A stretch of 63,002 bases of DNA, the filler included, from Parasitella parasitica NRRL 2501 (lineage: Eukaryota; Fungi; Mucoromycota), in NCBI GenBank assembly GCA_025201805.1. It is 9 parts of 9 records of this genome, joined end to end, with 100 filler letters (N's around TTAATTAATTAA, not from the genome) between each part and the next. Parts side by side here need not be neighbours in the genome. Positions count along the whole stretch, not along the records: positions 39,648 to 43,730 come from MU619395.1; positions 43,831 to 46,562 come from MU619512.1; positions 46,663 to 49,693 come from MU619503.1; positions 49,794 to 52,506 come from MU619306.1; 5 more parts are not named here. The stretch is one strand, 5' to 3'. The notes below the pieces were generated by a model. The model made no database searches, was not told the origin of the DNA, and was given only the letters and a program-made list of their open reading frames with translations. The first letter of the stretch is position 1, and every line of letters begins with the position of its first letter. Both the position numbers and the translations under genes were made by a program. Of this stretch, positions 39,648-52,606 are shown piece by piece.

Positions 39648-40440
39648 AAAAAAAAAAAAAAAAAAAAGAAGGCGTAGCCAATTTTTCAATACGCCTGTGA
39701 CCGTATTTTAGCGTAAACAGTAAATGCATGAAACACAGTAAACAATATAAAGAGGCAAAACTAAGGGAAAAACTATAATCTGGTGCACCAAAGCTATATG
39801 ATAAGATGAATTGGATGTTGTGGAATATGATACCTTTTATGGTTTGAAAATTGGTTGCTTCGATGAAAAGTTATTTCAATCTAAAGTCTTGATGAAAAGA
39901 GGAAAAAATGAGAAAAACAGTTATTTCAAGTCTTATAGTTTTTCTCTGGAATTTTAATAATGACAGCCATGTTTAAATGCATTGTAGCATTCGAATGGTG
40001 TATTACAACTGACATGTGGGTGATTTCTCTTGTCCCTACACTGCTCAATACAAGCAACCGAAAATGCGAAATCTGCGACGTGCAGCAGCAGTATCATTTT
40101 GAAAATATTACGGTTGTAAGATATGTTGTGCTTTTTATTGGTATTGCATTCAAATATGAAGATTCCGATCTATCTTCAGTGCTGCTTTCTCAAAAGAGAG
40201 ACGATTTAATACTAATTTGTCATGATATAGTTACCAGCTATACCTCAAGAGCCTTTGATTGAGCACGTAGCTGAATTTAAAAAACAAGCGTATTTTTCTG
40301 TTCTGAATGATTCAGTAAGCCAAAAAAAAACCCCATTTTGAAACAGTTTGATTGCACATTTGATTCCAAATTCAACACAAAGTCTCCGAGCATAATACAA
40401 CGCATTGATACAAAAAATGGTGCTCTATCTAACTATGCCA
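39648..40440. repeat. Diverged third copy of part of the inverted-repeat arm (~38450-39240)
   Basis: GTGACCGTATTTT..GCGTAAACAGTAAATGCATG, AAGTTATTTCAATCTAAAGTCTTGATGAAAAGAGG and GCCTTTGATTGAGCAC are shared and colinear. Confidence 0.85.
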
Positions 40441-43400
40441 AAATTAAAGTGAATTGCATTGAAAATAATGAATAAAACCGAAAAACCGAAATTTTGTTTT
40501 TTTGGCCCAAATGTCTGATTTTTTATAGTTTAATGTATGAGCAAAAATTGTGGATGACATTTACTTCTACAGCTAATAGATAATATGCAGTATTCTCTAG
40601 GTTGTTAGCAATGTCCTTACATTTTAACTGAACATTTTGCTCAGTTCATTGATTGAAGGGAGGAAAAACAACAAAGTATATCGGTAATCACAAGAAACCT
40701 TTTTAAATGTCGGGTAAACTACATAACAAACGCTTTCTTCCCCTATTGATATAGAGATCGAGTTGAACCTCCTGAGTTTGAGTTTAACAAAGCTAAAGTG
40801 AACAAGACTAGATTCCCATCATAAAATATTGTCATCTTCCCAACAATAGAAGCTATGACTACAAAGATAAACAGATATAGCAGGGATAGAAATTGACATA
40901 TGTCAAAATAGCATGTTGTGCCACAAACTAAAGCCTGAAAAGGAACAATTCATCAAACAATGAAAGCTTCCTAATCGCATGAATAAGAATTATGTTTCAA
41001 ATGCCGTCCTTGATCCATCGTTAGATCAACAACGTCAATAAACAACTCAATAATATTCACACTCACGTAAGATTAGAATAGCTACGATAGAATTATTCTA
41101 TTGACCTGATGAATGACCATCTCTAATCAACCCAAGTAGTATGAAAGTAGACTACCAAGCCAGAACGGCTGATTAGAATTCATAACACAACATATAAAGA
41201 ATAATGATGGAACGGTTAAGAAATAACGAAACAATTATCTGCTAGTAAGACGACACCCAAATAATATAAATAGAAGAGATGTAAAATAACAGCTTATTGC
41301 ACATTCAATCTACTTTCAAAATAAAGAAGGATTTTAATCGTATCTTGCTTTTTTACACTTTTGTACTGCGTTTCGCTGCAAAAGCAACCATGTTGTAATT
41401 ATATATAAGATTTTTAAGAGAACATTTGTTTTCCCTTATAATTTGGAATAGGTTCTCTTTACACTGTATATATGGAAGATCAGCCCACCGTTTTCCTAAT
41501 ATGAAATGCACAGCAATATAAATGTTGTGCAAGTGTGTTATTTTAACGTGATAAAAACTTTCTGAATAATGCTCCAAGTACACAACTGGAGACTTTTATA
41601 GACGTAAGACTTGATCAATCATTATCCACATAACTTGCTATAAAATCAGCAAGATCTTGTTTTAGCAGTATCTCGACAACTAAAATAAGTGTTGGAATTC
41701 GGTAAGTGTGGTATAAAGATACAGCTGTTATACTAATATGGGGATGTATACTTTTTTTGGAACCCAAATCCGTATCTAAAAATACCCTGAAGATTTACCC
41801 AAAGTTGAAAATTGAAAATTGAATAAGAGGTTTGGGGTCCAAACAGCCCGAAATCCGAATCATATTCAGAGATATTTCAGAATTGGATATGTTGTTGTAG
41901 AATAGGTCAAACGGCGGGAGATATTTTGGCTGAAATTTGTGTTTCCATCCCTTAATAATTTGTAAAGATATCAGTAATTGAAAATTATGTCTTTTAAGCA
42001 GAAAAAGAAGTAATATTTCAGATTTGATGGTATTTATTTCATCCAAAAATAAAGGTATACAAAAATGGTTTTAGCCCGTATTATGCAGTATCTCAGTTAT
42101 CGATCCATATGGAGGCATATACGCAAGGTGCCTATTAGAATCATGCTTTGTTCTTCAATTGAAAATAGGTGTTGGGCTCATTTGCAGCGAAAAAAAAGGC
42201 TGTAGATTAAATCTCAGCACTGCGTTTCCATTTGACCCAAACCAAATTTCGAGCTTTTTGCACATGGCTCATTGCTAGATATCTCATAAACGCAATAGGT
42301 ATATCGGATGTGCTTACTAAGTGTTTTATGACAGAAAATAAATTCTGCATCCAACCATATAGATTGCAAGAGTATAGAAACACCTTTTCTTATTACCACT
42401 TTTCAAATATTCAAAAAACGCTTTTTTTGATAGTTTTTGAATAAAATCAAGCATATTTTGAGCACATTCAGCTCTTTGAAGTTGATCAACCAAACCATCA
42501 TGTCAATACCTACACATCAATATATTGTCCACAACTGTAGCTTCATTATATCTGCCAAAAATCAAAATCTTGTCTCGACCAAAATGCATCTACAGTTTTC
42601 CGGTCCTATACTTAGAGGGCCAAAATGAAGCCATTCAAAAGGGTAAAAAATCAATTCCGTTTTTCGAACTTTTCTCTCTCAGAAATTGGTATTTTTTGAT
42701 CAAACAAAAGCCTTTCCGTAGCTATGTTGTAGCTTTATTTTTGTATTGCTATATCATGATGTATCCTTATATACCATTTATTGCTCTGTAAGTTACGAAA
42801 ATAAATTCAGCCCCTGCTAAAAACATATGAAAAAATATTTTTTGGACATATCTATGTAAAAAATAATACATCTAGTAGAGAATCAGGTTCCAAAAAGATT
42901 TTAATAACCACTCAAGCCAAAGTGTCATAGTAGTTTTTTGAGAAATAGGGGAACAAAGTTTAACCTAAAAAGACAAAATTGGCCCAAGCTTGTCAAATTC
43001 GAGCTTGAATACGACATGTTTATTACCAGCAGATGTACCAAAACGTGCTTTATTACTTTACTTAAGAACTCGAGCATGATTCAATTGTGAAATTTGGTAC
43101 TTGTTATAAGAACATATGCTGTAAAATTTGAAAAATTTGCAAAATTTGGTTTTGGGAGTATCTTAACAGCAAAGATAGATATCGAGAATCAGAAGACGTA
43201 GTTATGTACAGTTATCATACCAGTACTTGGATTTATACTTGCCTTGGACCCCAAATCCGTACCTAAAAATGACCCTGAAGGTTGACCCAAAGTTGAAAAC
43301 TGAAAATCGAATATGAGGTTTGGGGGTCCAAACATAGCAAAATCTGAAAAATGGCCATAGATGCACAAAACTCTGATATGTTGTAAAATGCTGCAAAAAA

Positions 43401-43830
43401 AGAAGATTTTGGCTGAAGGTTGTGTCTCTATCGCTTAATAGTTTGTAAAGATATCAGATATTGTAGATTATGCTTTTAAGCGGGGAAAAAGGTGATGTAA
43501 TAATTAGATGGCATATATTCTAACCAGACCATGAAGCTACATAGAAATAGCTTTTGAAGCCATAGTTTACAGCATCTTGGCTACTGATGTATACCAAGAC
43601 ATAACCTTATCGTTTATGAAGTTCATGCTTTGCTCCTCAATTGAAATAGGTGTTTCACTGATAAAGGCCTATATTCGCTGTGGCAAATTCAAGCTCAGAA
43701 ATATGTTGCCATTGCAACTTGCGCTAATTTNNNNNNNNNNNNNNNNNNNNNNNNNNNNNNNNNNNNNNNNNNNNTTAATTAATTAANNNNNNNNNNNNNN
43801 NNNNNNNNNNNNNNNNNNNNNNNNNNNNNN

Positions 43831-46224
43831 TGGCAAATATTCACCGGTAAAAACAATTCGTGATACTGAAAACCACGTACATGTAGAAATCCCGCATGAA
43901 AAGAATGGAATGCTTCTTGTACCAATCGCGTTTGGTCTCCCGCAGCCTTGGAAGTTTCAATATGTGCAAGCCCTCTTAGACACTGGTGCCTCTCACTCTA
44001 TTGTTAGTGAACAGTTGGTTACGTCTCTGGGCCTACTTGTAAAGCCTGAAGGATGCCCAATCTCGTTTACTTTGGGTAATGGAGAAACGATCATCTCTAC
44101 CGCAATTGTCAACACCAAGATTCGTTTGAGCAACACTATTTTCCACTCTGAATTCCATGATCTCCACGTAGTCCCTCGTAGCAGCTTTGATGTTATTTTG
44201 GGAATGGACTGGGTCTCCGAGCATGGAATCAAATCACAACCATCAACTGTGATAATGTTGATTTTTTTTTGCCCTATTCCGTCGCCCGTGAAGCAAATCA
44301 ATTCATTCGTTCGTAGTCCCATGTACTCTGCTGTTTCTACTCCTGAAACAGATAGTCTTAGTTACCATAGTTGTAGTACCCCCATGTGTTCCCCTGTTGT
44401 CACCCCTCCTGTGGATAGAACCACTTACGAGTTGTTTAGCCAAATTATCGGATTGAATAAAGATACTACTTCGTCAGCTTATTCTTCTGGTTTACTGTAT
44501 GAATCTCATAGTACATACGATCTTCCGCCTGCATCTGCTAATGGTAAACACACTTTAAGCACTATGGTTGAATCCTCAAATCTAGATGTCATCGAACCAA
44601 CACTACCAGCCAAGTATCAAAAATTTGAAAAGGTTTTCTCCAAGACAGAAGCTAATAAACTGCCTCCTCATCGCCCCTATGATCACAAGATTCCGTTAGT
44701 TGAAGGTGCTGTTGTACCGTATGGTCCCACTTACAGTATGTCACAAACAGAACTACAAACTCTTTATGATTACATTCAAGAGAACCTCGCTAAAGGTTTT
44801 ATTCGGCGTTCTGAGTCTCCAGCAGGTGCTCCTGTGCTTTTTGTCAAGAAAAAAGATGGAAGTTTACGTATGGTAGTCGACTATCGAGGTTTAAACAAAG
44901 TAACCATTGCCGCCCCATCTGTTTTACCATTAATTTCAGAGACCCTCGGCCAGTTGAACCAAGCCTGATATTTCACCAAGTTGGATGTGATCGGGGCATA
45001 CAATCTCATTCGAATTAAACCAAGAGACGAATTGAAAACTGCCTGGGTTTATCGATATGGCCATTTTGAGTACACTGTCATGAGCTTTGGTTATGCTCTG
45101 CCCCCCTGCCACGTTTCAAGCCTTTGTCAATGATGTATTACGCGACTATTTGGATCAATTCATAGTGGTTTACTTGGACGACATTTTAGTATTCAGCAAA
45201 ACACAGGAAGATCATGCTCAACATGTGCGTCTCGTTCTCAAGAAACTTCAGGAAGCCAATTTGTCTCTAAAACTGGAAAAATGCGAGTTTGGTGTCTCTT
45301 CAGTTTCTTTCCTAGGTTTCATTATCAATGCAAATGATATCTCTATGGACCCTGAAAAAATACGTGCTATTCAAGACTGGAAACCATGCAACAGTGTCCA
45401 TGATATTCAAGTGTTTTTGGTGATGTGTCAATTTCCCAACCGGAAGTCAAACTCAAGTAAACTCAATCCTGAACATATCCCAATGGACCATGTTCCTTAT
45501 TTATAACTCAACATGACATGTTCATGGATAATAGATACGATCTATCGTTCCATTTTCTAAATCATACCATGTCTCACACTTGTATCTTATCCTCCCATCA
45601 GTCCACTTAGATTCACTAGTATGTAAACCATCATTTTTTCCATGTAATAAACGAGATCTTTACCTGATTAATTCACAACCGTTTTATTTGAATAATTTCT
45701 CATTCTGATAAATCATTTGGGTCTTACCAATTTCTATCTTCGGCTCATCAAGAACTGCTCGAAAATCTGCAATCCCCTCACGGCTCTATTAAAGAAAGAT
45801 ACCCCATATGTCTGGTCTCCCGAAGCTGCCACCACGTTTAACGCACTCAAGACTGCTATTGTTTCAGACCCTGTCCTCCGCCATTATGATCCCAAGTTAC
45901 CATGTCTTATTGAGACCGACGCCTCCGATTTTGCTTTAGGTGCTGTATGCAGTCAAGTAGATTCATTTGATATTCCGCATCCCATTGCTTTTTTCTCTCG
46001 CAAGTTACTACCTTCCGAGCAAAATTATCAAATCTACGACAAGGAGCTTTTAGCTATCATTGCTGCATTCAAACACTGGCGCCCTTACTTGGAATTTTCT
46101 CATGAACCAACTATTGTTCTTACAGACCACAAAAATTTAGAATATTTCACGACCACGCGTGGTCTTAGCCGCTGACAAGTCCGTTGGGCTGAAATTCTGT
46201 GTAATTACAACTTTGTAATACATT
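43831..46224 (+). mobile_element. Degenerate Ty3/Gypsy LTR-retrotransposon pol (PR-RT-RNase H)
   Basis: [10 protein letters not shown] protease; [27 protein letters not shown] and YLDDILVFS RT; ETDASDFALGAV...YDKELLAI...TDHKNL RNase H; premature stops at 44968 and 46175. Confidence 0.95.
45421..45715. mobile_element. 295-bp solo LTR inserted in the Gypsy pol
   Basis: TG...CA termini, TSD TTTGG; removing it restores VFLGLTNFY. Confidence 0.92.
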
Positions 46225-46420
46225 TGTTGAGATCTGCAAGATCGAAATATAAGAAAAGTATAATATAAAACGTTGAATTAACGAGATACGAAAACTTGAG
46301 ATTACTTTATTAAAGATTCAACTTTGCATCTGCTATTTATACTTTTTACAACATAAATTTTTGGTGACTTATTTAAAATACTAGTCGATACTAATCGATA
46401 AGAATAATTTGCAAGCAACA
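46225..46420 (-). mobile_element. Probable LTR of another nested element truncating the Gypsy pol
   Basis: TGTTG...CAACA termini; minus-strand TATAAATA and AATAAA; Gypsy homology stops here; no TSD visible. Confidence 0.45.
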
Positions 46421-46662
46421 TCATATCCTTAACAGGGTACGATGTATTATTATACTACAAGGCTATTGATCTTTGATCTGACAGTACCTTATTGTTTGTC
46501 AATCATACAGATGTGTGTTACAGATAACCTTCCTGATTTGAAACAAAGAATTTATTCTCCTGNNNNNNNNNNNNNNNNNNNNNNNNNNNNNNNNNNNNNN
46601 NNNNNNTTAATTAATTAANNNNNNNNNNNNNNNNNNNNNNNNNNNNNNNNNNNNNNNNNNNN

Positions 46663-48090
46663 GGGTAGGTCTGTTCAGTGTTGGTCAGATCAGACTGAAC
46701 TGTGTCGGCAGAGTACAAAGTAATCTTATCGCCAATCACATTCTGCATCACCTTGTTGTTGATAACATCAACATTAATGTTTTTCGAACAGAGGATTGCC
46801 CTTTCCTTGAAGAAATCACTATTTTGCAGAGGACGCTGCAAAACATGCCGAGGATAAATATCTTCAATGAACTGATCAAGGTCAGTCATCTGTCTAAAAA
46901 AAGAAGGCAAAGTAATACTGCCAATCATTACTGATTCGTAGTAGGACATCTTGCCGATCCAATCTGCAAATTGACGGTCGATTTCATTTGAGTTGGCTAG
47001 TCTCATATTCTCGGTAAGCATCAATTTTTGCAATCTAGGCCACAATCTTGACGAAATCAGCGACGCATCTACAATTTGAGGACGACCGCCTTGCTTGACG
47101 ACAGGAGGGATCTGGGCAAAATCACCACCAAGAACGACAGGAATACCACCGAAGGAAACTTCATCACCACAACTGCAGATATCACGGAGTGTTCTGTCAA
47201 GAGCTTCAAAGCAATAACGATGTTGCATTGGCACTTCGTCCCAGATGATCAATGCTGTGCTTCGAATGAGGTCAGCAAGGTCACCATTCTTCTTGATAGC
47301 ACATAAGGATTGCTCGTGTATGTTTAATGGAATCGCAAAGCGAGAGTGAGACGTACGCCCACCAGGTAACAGCAAAGCAGCAATACCAGAGGAGGCAACA
47401 CAGAGAACAATCTTTCCTTGGCTTCTATAATAATGACAAAGAGTATTGTAGACAAATGTTTTACCAGTTCCAGCTGGACCTTGCAAGAAGAAATGAGAAT
47501 TGTTGGTATTGCTGTTGATGGAGGAGGTGATGGAGTCAAAGATATACTTCTGGGTGGCGTTCATTTGAGCATACTTTTGCTGATATGAAAACGCTTCCTG
47601 ATCTCGTAAATATGACATTTCGCTGAGGATCAGTGAGTTGCCTTGTATATCAGTCATTCTATTTATCAGTCCATTCCAGTTGAAGAGAGGCAAAGGCAAA
47701 TTGAATTGATCCAGAGATCTATCCTGAGCACCAAGAGACGTCTGAAACAAATACAGGCCGTAATCCAGACTACGGGCTCCACGAAAGAACTCAGCATTAG
47801 TTTGTACATCGAGCAGTTGGGAATACCCCTTTTGCATAATTGTATGTTCGAGATCATCACAAAAACTTTCACAAAATTGATTCCAGATCTCAGCAGGTGA
47901 TACCAGAGAGTTAAACATGAGCGCAGACACAAACATTGAGCGCATGGCATAGCCAGAGGCAAAAGTAGCAGCTTCTTGGAAGGTTTTCATCCATTCCTCA
48001 TCATCTTCGATTAAATATAGCATCATGCACGCTTCACGGTAAGTGGCACGTTCTTGACCATTCACTGTTCTCAAGTGCGAAAAGGACGTA
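46663..48090 (-). mobile_element. Helitron RepHel fragment (PIF1-type helicase)
   Basis: LRTVNG....TYREAC, FLQGPAGTGKT, VASSGIAALLLPGGRTSHSRFAIP, IIWDEVPM, GGDFAQIPPV, LTENMRL, RAILCSKN. Confidence 0.93.
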
Positions 48091-49693
48091 CAGTAGGTGG
48101 ATTAATGGTCCGGATGTTTTGCAAAATTCGCTAAAACAAGATGTAGATCATGAACAAATTGTCCAATCATTACAAAATTAGCGTTATTCAAGAGAGAGAA
48201 TAGTCTTTAATATAATATAAAGATTTTATCTTGATTGGTCAACGGAGATCGAAATAATTTGGAACTAAAATTCATGTGTGCATCCGGACCATTTTTCAGG
48301 GTACTCAAACGTAAATGGAAGCTCATGGAATCTCATGGATTTCGTTACCAAAACAGTCACAACTGATTAGTCATCAGTACAGAAGATATAAAAACTGTTT
48401 TAGTTGATTTTTGGTCTTTTCTTTCTTCCTTTTTTATATCAAACTCGCATCTCATTGATAGTATATAAAATGGTACGCTCTTTGCCTATGGACACTCAAA
48501 ATAGTGTCAAGAATTTATTGCAATCTGGTTATTCTTATTCACAAATTATGAAACGCGTTCCTGGAGTCAAAAAATCAACTATTTCTGACTATAAAAAAAC
48601 GTAAGTGGTTTCCCAATTTGCAGTCATCTGTGCCTGGTCGACGTCCTGTTTTGAAAGAAACATCTCGAAATGCCATTCGTAAAAAGGTAGTACTTGGTGA
48701 ACTTAAGACTGGAAAAGAAGTAGAAACATACTTGAATGATCTTGGATTCAAAATTGGATATTCAGCATGTCTTAAATTACTCAAATCATTGGGATTTCAG
48801 GCAGCCAAAAAGAAGAAAAAGCCTATGCTGAAGCCTAATCATAGAAAACAAAGACTTGAATGGGCCAAAGCTCATCGCAGCTGGACAAAAGATGACTGGA
48901 GAAGGATGATTTTCTCTGATGAAACCAAAATCAACATTTGGGGCTCTGATGGTATCAAGTACTGCTGGAAAAGACCAGATGACAAACTGCAATTTCACCA
49001 CTTAGACCTTACAGTCAAGCACGGTGGTGGTAGCCTCATGATGTGGGGTTGTATAACATACGATGGTCCTGGATACGCTTGTCAAATCTTCGATGGCACC
49101 ATGAAAAAGGAAGACTATATACATATACTGGAAACAGCCATGATGGATACTTTAGATTGGTATGGTTATGACCCAGAAAAAATCTATTTTCAGCAAGACA
49201 AAGACCCTAAACACACTGCAAAGGTTACCAAACAGTGGTTTGCGGATAATAACTTTAATGTTGATTGGACTTATAGCTGGCCACCCCAGAGCCCGGACCT
49301 AAACCCTATTGAACACGTCTGGCACCATCTAAAATTAAAATTGAGCTCATATCCCACCAAGGCTAGAGGAGTACATGAATTGTGGGAGAGAGTAGAAGAA
49401 CAATGGGCTACGTTTACCAAAGAAGATTGTCAACGATATATTGATAGCATGCCTGCAAGAATTGAGGCAGTAATCAAAGCTAAAGGTGGTCATACTAACT
49501 ACTAAAGTGATTTTATAAGCACCCTGAAAAATGGTCCGGATGCACACATGAATTTTAACCCCATATTATTTCAACCTCAGTTGACCAATTAAAATAAAAC
49601 TTTTTTTATTTTATTAAATTTCATTTGCTCTCTTTAATGACGTTGGTTTTATGTTGATCGGATAACTTGTTCATAATCTACATCTTGTTTTAG
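48091..49693 (+). mobile_element. Tc1-like transposon (DD37E) with long ~210-bp TIRs, inserted at a TA in the Helitron
   Basis: TA|CAGT start; transposase 48470-49505 with one +1 frameshift in the A7 run at 48593-48599; FSDETKIN, KHGGGSLMMWGC, FQQDKDPKH, WPPQSPDLNPIEHVW; TIR blocks 48268-48302 = rc of 49521-49556; right end runs into a linker. Confidence 0.93.
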
Positions 49694-49793
49694 NNNNNNN
49701 NNNNNNNNNNNNNNNNNNNNNNNNNNNNNNNNNNNNNTTAATTAATTAANNNNNNNNNNNNNNNNNNNNNNNNNNNNNNNNNNNNNNNNNNNN

Positions 49794-51997
49794 TTTTTTT
49801 TGCAAAAATTAGATATGCAAGACATGCCACCTTCCAAGTCGCTATCTTACCAGGAAAGTCGAAATCAGATTTTGAATCTTTTTTGAGTCCAATTGTAGAA
49901 GAGACAATTTTGCTTAGCAAAAAGACTCTGGTTGTTCAAGCCGGCAAAGCTCCACCTGTTCGTTGCAAAGTCTATGCACTTTTCATAAATGGTGATGGAG
50001 TTGAGATCAACAGACTGCTGCGATACTCAGGCCACACTCAGTAAGTGAATATCTGATGGAATGGCAGCATTGTTGAATTAATGTGTTTTGGATACTGTAT
50101 AATAGTAAATACGGTTGCCGCTTCTGCGTGACCCCTGGATCTCATAGAGTAGACGGCCCAAGAAGATCAGGCATGTACTTTCAAATCCGCAATGCCACGC
50201 ACAATGAGAACAAGAGACAGTTTACTTTTGAAAGAAACAGATCCTAATTTCGTATGCTGTTACTGAAATATTTTGATCGATTATTACAACAAGTACTTAC
50301 ATGTTTTTTAATACAGGCGAACAACAATTATGGCATAAAAGGACCCACTATATTTGGATTGCTTCCTTATTTCATGTCTGGTATATATCACTTTGGTTTT
50401 GACGAATTGCACGGAATTTCCAATCTTGCAAAATTGTTCTTTGATATGATATCTCCCCGATATAATGCCAATTTCAAGTATCATGGCAATGAATCAAATT
50501 ATCCATTTCAGCTGTCTAATGCCAGTTTTGAATGTGTCAAGATGGGCATGAGAAACTCCAGAAAATTCATTCCAACGGGAGCTTTTCAATCCAGCTTCAA
50601 AGCTACAGACCAAAGCAATGTAAAGGGATTTTACAGAAGTTTAGACTGGATTGCGTGGCTGATACATGTGGTTCCTACGCTTGTTGTTGGACAATATGAT
50701 GATCTGAGTATCAGAAATGCCATCCTTGGACTATCTCGTGCCTGTGCTCTTTCCTTGCAGTGGGAGGTATCAAAAGACGACATAAAAAAAATCAAATCGT
50801 AAGTATTATTGCCCAAGTAAATTTTGATTGCCGTACATTGACCTTTAATATGTTACCATACTTGAATTAAAAATTAGGTCTTCAGAAGTATGGTTTCGTT
50901 GCATTGACAAACTAATACAAGCCAAAGTCCTCTCCAATTCGGTGTATACAATTACAATGCACCATCTCCATCATATACCCCAAATTATAGAGCAATGCTC
51001 TTCGCTACGTAATATCTCTGTTAGATCGCTGGAAAGAGAAATCGGTAACTACAAAAAAAAGATGCGAGCAAGAGTGAATGTGGACAAAAATGCTGTAAAC
51101 GTGCTAGAACAAACCACACAGTACAAGTTTTTGGAATCCACCAAAATGCTCGATTGTTCTTCTTTGTACGATAGAAACCCTGAATATATGTCAAAGGGTT
51201 ACATAGATCATCCGGCCACAATATATCAAGGCACCAATGATAGTCAGAAATATCCACAATTATGGCAGCCTTTTGGAGATTCATTTTTCCTGTCTGATGA
51301 ACCAGCTTCTTCCATTGAAGATTTCACCACTGTTTCCAAATTCATCAATGCTCTGGCTGGATACAAACGACGCTATCTTGGCATCAGCAAAAACACAAAT
51401 ATTTCAATCAACCTTCATCAGTGTGTTCAATCAGCATCGAAACTTTGGTTTGATTCACACATCATACGGTCAGCACTCTTTAAGCACAAGAACATATCCG
51501 AATCTAGCGGCGCTAATGAACGAGGCGGTGAATACATCATGTTTGATTCAAACATTAGAAAAAAGTATGTATTCCTTTGCCGTTATTACCTTCTTGCAGT
51601 ATATACTGATTTAAATCAATATAGAGTCAATCGTCAATTCGTTCCGATGCCGCATTGGTTTGTGGGCAAAGCACTTTTTTTCTTCGAGGCAAATCTTGAT
51701 CTCGTCGAAGGCCAAGCCCACGGAAGCCTGTATGCTTTTGTTGAGGTGATGAAAAACCATAAGACATCGCCATATTCAAAGTATGTGCCTATGGTTCAAC
51801 CATCTCGCGAAGATGAAACCAAGAAGTATGCTGTGTCAGACGTTGCCGATATTAGAACAATTGCCGGTTTAATCCAAAAAACTGATATCAAAAACAATAG
51901 AGCCGAGTCTAGTAACTGGTATTTTGTGATATCTCCATCTTCTGCTTTTGACCAGGACATGTCAGTTAATGCTGGTAAGCTGAGTGATCTCCTTTAG
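49794..51997 (+). mobile_element. CACTA/CMC (Transposase_21/tnp2-like) spliced transposase, partial
   Basis: FESFLSPIVEE, FINGDG...YSGHT|..YGCRFC, FGFDELHG, YRSLDW, MHHLHHIP..I....SLRNISVRSLEREIG; GT-AG introns. Confidence 0.75.
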
Positions 51998-52606
51998 CTC
52001 CGTGTAGATTCATTTATATACACTTTTATTGTCCATCAAATTTTAAATAAAGTTTACAAAAAGAAAAAAGGGGTTTTATTCGTATCTTTTAAAAACGCTA
52101 TATTTATTGCTGTTGTTTTTAACAGCAATCAACGATTTAGGGCGGGTGTATGAGCAGGAAGCACGGAAATATTCAAATTGCCTGCAATGAAATGGTATAA
52201 CTAAAAGCAAGTAACTAAAAAAAATAAGACTCAAATGTCACGCATAGTCAATTTTTGCCATTCGAGTTCGCATAACATATTAAGTCATATAAATCAAATC
52301 GAATTACAAATACAATTTAAGACCTTATCAATGAATGTCGTGTGAAGGAAAACACTCCTGATCAAAGTGCTTTCCCTTACACAATAGACATTCAGAATAA
52401 GAATAATAATGACAAAGATATCAATTATGGCAGCTCGTCATTCAATGAGTTTTTCCCATCATTCTAGATAAGGATATCTTTAACAGAATAACTAAAGTAT
52501 GACGATNNNNNNNNNNNNNNNNNNNNNNNNNNNNNNNNNNNNNNNNNNNNTTAATTAATTAANNNNNNNNNNNNNNNNNNNNNNNNNNNNNNNNNNNNNN
52601 NNNNNN

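Noticed and set aside
48601-48623. GTAAGT...TTGCAG as an intron fixing the Tc1 frameshift
   Set aside because: Only 23 nt, and removing it does not restore the frame; deleting one A from the A7 run does.
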